Source: Candidatus Cloacimonadales bacterium (GTDB lineage: Bacteria; Cloacimonadota; Cloacimonadia; Cloacimonadales; JAFGVF01). Taken from it: a stretch of DNA of 64,000 bases. The translations under genes were made by a program, and so were the position numbers. The notes beneath the pieces were generated by a model, which ran no database searches, was not told the origin of the DNA, and saw nothing but the letters and a program-made list of their open reading frames with translations. The stretch lies in NCBI GenBank assembly GCA_963677495.2, contig CAXXOU010000004.1:736001-800000 (forward strand), written 5' to 3'. Shown in pieces: positions 58,312 to 64,000 of this stretch; the stretch's first letter is position 1; each line of letters begins with the position of its first letter.

Positions 58312-60297
58312 TTAGTCAGCTTTAATAACCATTAAAGCATCACCTTTAGCTACAGAGTCACCAGATGCGAAAGGCATTTCAACAACAGTACCGGATACAG
58401 GGCTTGGGATGTTATTAAACATCTTCATCGCTTCAAGTACAAGCACAGTTTCACCTGCTTCAACATGGTCCCCTACGTTCTTTTCATAGCTTACAAGCAT
58501 ACCCGGCATTGGTGCTTCTACAGCACTGCCACCTTCGGTAGCAACTGGTTTTGCTGCAGGTTTAGGAGCAGGAGCTGCTGCAGGAGCTGGTTGTGGCTTA
58601 GGTGCACTTACTTTAGGTACTGCAGGACGAGGAGCACTTGCTACGATTGCAGGCATCTCTTTGTCATCAACTTCAACTTTGAAGTAGTCACCATCAACAT
58701 AAACATCAAAAGAACGAACGTTCTCTGATTTCTCAGGAACATCTTTAGCAGGTTTAGCAGTTAACTCACCACTAAGTGCCTTCTTGATGAGTTCTTCCTC
58801 TTCTTTTACCTGTTCTAGAGTCTTTGGTTTAACATCAGCAGGAATATCTTTCTTACCATATTTCCACTCAAGGAATCTCTTACCTGTAATAGGATAAAGA
58901 GCAACGATAAGCTCATCATCAATGTCTTTAGCAAGTCCTTTCACGCTTTCTTGAACCGCAGGAAGTTCAGGCTCAATAATGTCACCGGGGCGTACACTGA
59001 TTGGTTCTTCACCACGAGGGTAGCCATTTAGTGCTTTTGCTCTAACTTCAGGATCGATATCAAGTGTGGTTTTACCATAAAGTCCGAAACAAAGGTCTTT
59101 TACTTGCTCAGTGATTGATTTATATTCACCCATCTTATCATCAAACAGAACATTATTCACAGTCTGAATACCAACAATCTGACTTGTTGGTGTTACAAGT
59201 GGAACTGTACCGAGGTCTTTTCTAACTGCCGGAAGTGTTTCGAACACTTCTTCAAGTTTATCAAGAGCATCCATTTGACGGAGCTGATTAACAAGGTTAG
59301 AAAGCATTCCACCCGGTGTCTGATGAATAATAACGTTTGTATCGATGATTGAGAACTTAGTGTTATCAGCGAACTGTTTGTACTTAGGAATCACTTTCTC
59401 AAGTTCTTTATCAATTGCCGCAAGAGCTTTTATATCAAAACCTGTGTCACGGTTTGTACCAAGTAATGATACAACAAGTGGTTCAACAGCTGCATGTGAA
59501 GTTCTATAAGCAAAAGGAGCCATACAAGTATCAATTACATCAACACCTGCTTCAATAGCTTTAAAAAGCGTCAAATCGCCCATTCCTGAAGTGAAATGAG
59601 TGTGAAGGTGGATTGGTACACTGACAACTTCTTTTAGAGCTTTAATAAGGTTATATGCATCGTAAGGTGCAATTAAACCAGCCATATCTTTAATACAAAC
59701 TGAGTCTGCACCAAGAGCTTCAAGCTGCTTAGCTTTATCAATGTAGTAATCGATATTGTAAACGTCTCCACCCATTCTCATCTCTGTGAGTGAGTAGCAG
59801 ATAGTTCCCTGGAAATGCTTATTGTTTTTCTTGATAACTTTAAGAGCTGTCTCGAAGTTACGGAAATCATTTAAAGCATCAAAGACACGGAAAATATCGA
59901 TACCATTGTCACATGCTCTTTGTACGAATGCTTCCACAACATCATCAGCGTAGTTTCTGTAACCTACAACATTTTGGCCTCTAAGCAACATTGAGAATGG
60001 TGTGTTCTTTATATATTTTTTGAGAGTTCTAATTCTCTCCCAAGGATCTTCACCTAAATAACGATGCATCACATCAAAAGTAGCACCACCCCATACTTCC
60101 ATAGAATGGAATCCGACTTTATCCATTGCTTCTGCAATAGTGATCAAGTCTTCTGTTCTACCTCTAGTAGCAAAAAGGGACTGATGTCCGTCTCTGAAAG
60201 TTACATCTTGAATTTTAATCGGGTTTTCAGCTTTTGGACGATTAGGATCGTATTTCATTTCTGCCATCTGCAGAACACCGTGTTTATCAAAATTCAT
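58312..60297 (-). CDS. Pyruvate/oxaloacetate carboxyltransferase fused to a biotin carrier domain (OadA/PycB/transcarboxylase 5S+1.3S type)
   Basis: RDGHQSL.ATR, WGGATFD, IKDMAG, HTH, PGGMLSN, VTPTSQ, Pro/Ala linker, EAMKM. Confidence 0.93.
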   Translation of the reverse strand: MNFDKHGVLQMAEMKYDPNRPKAENPIKIQDVTFRDGHQSLFATRGRTEDLITIAEAMDKVGFHSMEVWGGATFDVMHRYLGEDPWERIRTLKKYIKNTPFSMLLRGQNVVGYRNYADDVVEAFVQRACDNGIDIFRVFDALNDFRNFETALKVIKKNNKHFQGTICYSLTEMRMGGDVYNIDYYIDKAKQLEALGADSVCIKDMAGLIAPYDAYNLIKALKEVVSVPIHLHTHFTSGMGDLTLFKAIEAGVDVIDTCMAPFAYRTSHAAVEPLVVSLLGTNRDTGFDIKALAAIDKELEKVIPKYKQFADNTKFSIIDTNVIIHQTPGGMLSNLVNQLRQMDALDKLEEVFETLPAVRKDLGTVPLVTPTSQIVGIQTVNNVLFDDKMGEYKSITEQVKDLCFGLYGKTTLDIDPEVRAKALNGYPRGEEPISVRPGDIIEPELPAVQESVKGLAKDIDDELIVALYPITGKRFLEWKYGKKDIPADVKPKTLEQVKEEEELIKKALSGELTAKPAKDVPEKSENVRSFDVYVDGDYFKVEVDDKEMPAIVASAPRPAVPKVSAPKPQPAPAAAPAPKPAAKPVATEGGSAVEAPMPGMLVSYEKNVGDHVEAGETVLVLEAMKMFNNIPSPVSGTVVEMPFASGDSVAKGDALMVIKAD

Positions 60298-60327
60298 TAT
60301 TCCTCCGGATATATTCAATTTCTATTA

Positions 60328-60516
60328 TTATCGTTTAAGAACACGGCGTTGCATCATCTGATTATTAATCATCTGATTCTGTCTGCCGTAGAATGCCCAG
60401 CTTGTAGGCAAGTTCGGTGGTTTAATCTCAGGTGCAGGCATTTGAGCCTTTTCAGCCTGTACATATTGAAGTACTGCAGAGATAGCTGCAATCTGTTTTT
60501 TCTTCATATCTTCCAT
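60328..60516 (-). CDS. Small accessory subunit (acyl-CoA carboxylase epsilon/delta-like)
   Basis: IAAISAV...SW...GR. AAGGAG RBS. Lies between two carboxyltransferase genes. Confidence 0.7.
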   Translation of the reverse strand: MEDMKKKQIAAISAVLQYVQAEKAQMPAPEIKPPNLPTSWAFYGRQNQMINNQMMQRRVLKR

Positions 60517-60525
60517 TACTACTCC

Positions 60526-62079
60526 TTAAACAGGGATGTTACCATGTTTCTTAGGAGGTAATGATTCACTCTTTGTGCAAAGGACATGCATAGCGTCAAT
60601 CAATCTTGCTCTTGTTTCAGCAGGTCTGATTATGGCTTCAACATATCCTCTTTCTGCTGCTCTGTATGGATTATTAAAGAGTTCTTCATATTCGTGAATC
60701 TTTCTAGCTCTTTCAGCTTCAGGGTCATCTGCATTCTTAATCTCATTTCTATAGATAATGTTTGCAGCACCCTTAGCACCCATAACAGCAATTTCAGCTG
60801 ATGGCCAGGCAAAAATCATATCTGCACCAAGGTGTTTTGAACTCATAGCAATATATGAACCACCGTAGTTCTTACGAGTAACAACTGTCATTTTAGGAAC
60901 AGTAGCTTCTGAGTAAACCCAAAGAAGTTTAGCACCATGACGGATGATTCCACTCCACTCCTGATGGCAACCAGGTAAGTAACCCGGAACGTCAACAAGT
61001 GTGAGTAATGGAATATTAAATGAATCACAGAAACGAATAAAGCGGGATGCTTTATCACTTGCATCGATATCTAGACAACCGGCAAGCACGATAGGCTGGT
61101 TAGCAATAATACCAACTGTACGTCCATCAAGTCTGGCAAATGAGATAATGATGTTCTGAGCATAGTACTCATGTGGTTCATACATATAACCATCATCAAC
61201 GATTGCCTTGATTACATCACGCATATCGTAACCCATCATTGGATTGTCAGGAATGATTTCATCGAGTTCAGGAGCTAATCTATGAGGATCATCCTGAGTT
61301 TGAACGAGTGGTGGTTCTTCCATGTTGTTACTTGGTAAGAAACCTAACAACTCACGAATGCTTTCAATAGCTTCAGCATCGCTTTCACATGCAAAGTGTG
61401 CGTTTCCTGATTTAGTATTGTGTGTCCATGCACCACCGAGCTCTTCCTGAGTTGTAACCTCTCCGGTTACTGCTCTGATAACGTCCGGTCCGGTAATGAA
61501 CATAAAACTTGAATTCTTAACCATGTAGATAAAGTCTGTCATCGCAGGACTGTAAACAGCACCACCGGCACAAGGTCCCATAATAGCTGAGATCTGTGGT
61601 ATAACTCCTGAGAACCTAGAGTTACGGATAAAGATATCACCATATCCTTTAAGTGCATCCACACCTTCTTGAATTCTAGCACCACCTGAATCATTGATAC
61701 CAACTAGTGGCACACCTGATTTACCCGCCATGTCCATAATCTTACAGATCTTAGCAGCGTGCATCTCTCCAAGTGAACCTGCTCTTGCAGTGAAGTCCTG
61801 TGCAAAAGCACAAACCGGTCTTCCATTGATGAGACCATGCCCTGTTACAACACCATCACTTGGGATATCTTTCTTTTCCATTCCAAAGTTGGTGCAGCGA
61901 TGTTTTACAAACTTGTCAATTTCTCTGAAAGTACCCGGATCGAATAATAGCCCTATTCTTTCACGAGCAGTCAGTTTACCCTTCTTATGTTGCTTCTCAA
62001 TCTGGGCTTCTCCGCCCATCATTTCAATCTTCTTTTCTTTTTCCAATAAGTTATTGATTTTGTCTTTTGTAGTTGACAT
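60526..62079 (-). CDS. Acyl-CoA carboxyltransferase (MmdA/PccB/transcarboxylase 12S type)
   Basis: GKLTARERI, DSGGARIQEG, GPCAGGAVYSPA.TDF, DVPGYLPG, KKHGNIP. Confidence 0.95.
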   Translation of the reverse strand: MSTTKDKINNLLEKEKKIEMMGGEAQIEKQHKKGKLTARERIGLLFDPGTFREIDKFVKHRCTNFGMEKKDIPSDGVVTGHGLINGRPVCAFAQDFTARAGSLGEMHAAKICKIMDMAGKSGVPLVGINDSGGARIQEGVDALKGYGDIFIRNSRFSGVIPQISAIMGPCAGGAVYSPAMTDFIYMVKNSSFMFITGPDVIRAVTGEVTTQEELGGAWTHNTKSGNAHFACESDAEAIESIRELLGFLPSNNMEEPPLVQTQDDPHRLAPELDEIIPDNPMMGYDMRDVIKAIVDDGYMYEPHEYYAQNIIISFARLDGRTVGIIANQPIVLAGCLDIDASDKASRFIRFCDSFNIPLLTLVDVPGYLPGCHQEWSGIIRHGAKLLWVYSEATVPKMTVVTRKNYGGSYIAMSSKHLGADMIFAWPSAEIAVMGAKGAANIIYRNEIKNADDPEAERARKIHEYEELFNNPYRAAERGYVEAIIRPAETRARLIDAMHVLCTKSESLPPKKHGNIPV

Positions 62080-62179
62080 TTAAACTCCTTTAGTATAGAG
62101 TCAGAATTAGCACATATAATTGTCCTTTTCAGTTATAAGTCAAGCTAAATTATTAAGTAATGAAGTGAGGAAAGCATCT

Positions 62180-63127
62180 ATGCCAACTAAAGATAATGAT
62201 AGAAAAAGTGTTGCGGTTGTGTTAGGAGGGGGTGCAGCGTTAGGTCTGGCACATATTGGAGTATTGAGTGTCATTCAAAAATATTTTAAGATTGAAGGCA
62301 TTATTGGTACAAGTATGGGTTCAATAATCGGGGGATTATATGCTTATGGGAAGACCCCTGAATGGATGTTGGAGACAATCAAAGATTATAATTTCCTGCG
62401 AGTATTCAATCCCATACATTTCGATTTCACAATGAAAGGTATATTCAATGGGAAGACAATGTTGGAAGAACTCGACAAGTTTGCTGATGGTGGTATGATT
62501 GAGAACTGTGACATACCATTCTATGCAGTGGCATATGATATTCATACTAAAAGATCAGTTATCATTCATAAAGGTCCTTTAGCGAAAGCAATGCGTGCAT
62601 CTTCAAGTTTACCGTATGTGCTGTCTCCATATAAATATGAACAATATCTTTTCTTAGATGGGGGAGTGGAGTATCCTGTACCGGTAAACTTTGCCAAACA
62701 ACTGTTCTCCAATCTACCAATTATTGCTGTAAATGTACAAGAACCATTACCTAAAACTGCAACATTCTTTAAACCTGAGAACATTAAAAGAAAGAGGAAG
62801 CTTGATATTGGTTTTGTAGAAGCACTTCTCGAAAGTGTATATGGAAATCAAGCATATCTCAGTATCAATGAGATTATCAATGAGAAACCGGATATAGTAA
62901 TAAATCCATTCAATCCTGAATATACTTTTAAAGATTTTCAAAAGGCACAGGAGTTCTATGACTTAGGAGTGAAAACTGCAGAAAATGAGATTAAAAGCTA
63001 TCTAAATAAGCCTGAAAAACTTGATAATTTAGCTATCTACAAAGATAGACTTGAACAAATACGTAAAGATATAGCAGATAAACTCCCGCTTTTTAAGGAA
63101 TTAGCTAATACTTTCAAGAAGAGCTAG
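62180..63127 (+). CDS. Patatin-like phospholipase
   Basis: LGGGAALG.AHIGV, GTSMG, DGG. Confidence 0.93.
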   Translation: MPTKDNDRKSVAVVLGGGAALGLAHIGVLSVIQKYFKIEGIIGTSMGSIIGGLYAYGKTPEWMLETIKDYNFLRVFNPIHFDFTMKGIFNGKTMLEELDKFADGGMIENCDIPFYAVAYDIHTKRSVIIHKGPLAKAMRASSSLPYVLSPYKYEQYLFLDGGVEYPVPVNFAKQLFSNLPIIAVNVQEPLPKTATFFKPENIKRKRKLDIGFVEALLESVYGNQAYLSINEIINEKPDIVINPFNPEYTFKDFQKAQEFYDLGVKTAENEIKSYLNKPEKLDNLAIYKDRLEQIRKDIADKLPLFKELANTFKKS

Positions 63128-63144
63128 CAGTTGCTGAGATTTTA

Positions 63145-63170
63145 AAAGGGAAGCGAAATGCTTCCCTTTT
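63145..63170. terminator. Bidirectional terminator
   Basis: AAAAGGGAAGC-GAAAT-GCTTCCCTTTT. Confidence 0.85.
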
Positions 63171-63193
63171 ACTATTTATCAGATATAATCCTA

Positions 63194-63988
63194 TTAAATA
63201 TGTGAGTTAATCTCTTTACGCAACTTATCAGCTTCCTGACCGGCTACTTCTGCAAATTTCTCTGATTTATCTTTAAAGATAATGCCACGAGACGAGTTTA
63301 TTAAGATGCGTAAATCGTCAGGGTTTGCACCTGCATGTTTCACAACAGCTTCAACGCTTCCACCCTGAGCTCCGATTCCGGGAACCAAGAAGAGTGTGTT
63401 AGGCATAATTGCTCTAAGATCAGAAAGTTCTTCTGTATTAGTTCCACCCACAACTGCACCGGCTTGCTCCATTGGGAGTTCAGCAAGTTTCTCAGAAATC
63501 CTTTTATAAAGATTCTCAGGTTTAAGGTAATCTACTGAAGTAGGATTAGAAGTTAAAGCTAAAGAGAAGAAGAACTTATCTTCAAAAGCTAAAAGCGGTT
63601 TATATACATCATGTCCCATAAGGGGATTACATGTGATAGCATCAACTTTCCAAGTTTCAAAGAAAGCTTTCGCATATTGAGTCATTGTGTTACCAATATC
63701 ACCTGTTTTCACATCTAAGATTACCGGAATCTTCTCAGGGATATAGTCTAAAGTCTTCTCTAAAGCTTCAAGTCCCATTTTTCCTGCGGAAAGATAGAAA
63801 GCAAAGTTAGGTTTGTAAGCAGCAGCATAACCCTTGGTTGCATCAATAATAGCTTTATTGAATGTGAAGATAGGATTTTCAGTTTCCATTACACAGTCAG
63901 GTAACTTAGTGATGTCACTATCAAGTCCTACGCATACGTATGAGTTGTTCTCTTTAATTATGTTCTTATATTTTGTCCAAAAACTCAT
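63194..63988 (-). CDS. pyrF: Orotidine-5'-phosphate decarboxylase
   Basis: CVGLD, KPN.AFY, DVKTGDIGNT, TSNP, PGIGAQGG, INSSR. Confidence 0.96.
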   Translation of the reverse strand: MSFWTKYKNIIKENNSYVCVGLDSDITKLPDCVMETENPIFTFNKAIIDATKGYAAAYKPNFAFYLSAGKMGLEALEKTLDYIPEKIPVILDVKTGDIGNTMTQYAKAFFETWKVDAITCNPLMGHDVYKPLLAFEDKFFFSLALTSNPTSVDYLKPENLYKRISEKLAELPMEQAGAVVGGTNTEELSDLRAIMPNTLFLVPGIGAQGGSVEAVVKHAGANPDDLRILINSSRGIIFKDKSEKFAEVAGQEADKLRKEINSHI

Positions 63989-64000
63989 TCTTAGTCCTTT

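Noticed and set aside
1..64000. tRNA/rRNA genes, IS transposases, and the many short antisense ORFs nested in housekeeping genes
   Set aside because: No tRNA/rRNA or transposase signatures recognised by eye. Nested ORFs are shadows of well-supported genes.

Overview
AT-rich bacterial chromosome segment. Gene content (MurE-MurF fusion, extended alanine racemase, methylmalonyl-CoA pathway genes) is suggestive of Candidatus Cloacimonadota, which is an inference only. 1-~6.5 kb: right end of a tailed prophage (tape measure, three tail genes, Dam-type methylase, then an array of terminal repeats typical of a Mu-like transposable phage), with a hidden antisense small membrane gene just before the tape measure. 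6.8-21.5 kb: dcw cluster mraZ-rsmH-ftsL-ftsI-murE/F-mraY-murD-ftsW-murG-murC-ftsQ-ftsZ, with no ftsA. 22-37.8 kb: housekeeping genes (serC, cysS, rsmD, comEA, gltX, holB, pgeF, dprA, meaB) with repeat-rich intergenic gaps. 37.8-47.8 kb: an accessory island and the most interesting part. It holds a tandem paralog pair, a PD-(D/E)xK nuclease, a four-helix-bundle (Avd/IVP-like) gene and two divergent paralogous ~150-aa proteins. The two paralogs bracket an AT-rich 4-gene ATPase-PIN operon (candidate defence system). The genes are separated by heptamer tandem repeats carrying a conserved TGCACCAACGGTGCA hairpin, which twice sits right after a stop codon. Four unrelated intergenic arrays share an 11-bp-period, inverted-halves architecture. 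47.9-64 kb: dnaN, recF, MFS, miaB, a pseudokinase, alr fusion, PIN-PhoH, nitroreductase, a biotin carboxyltransferase cluster, patatin, pyrF. Three 1-nt homopolymer frameshifts (mraY, dprA, possibly PIN) probably reflect sequencing error. All product calls come from motif recognition by eye; no database search was run.
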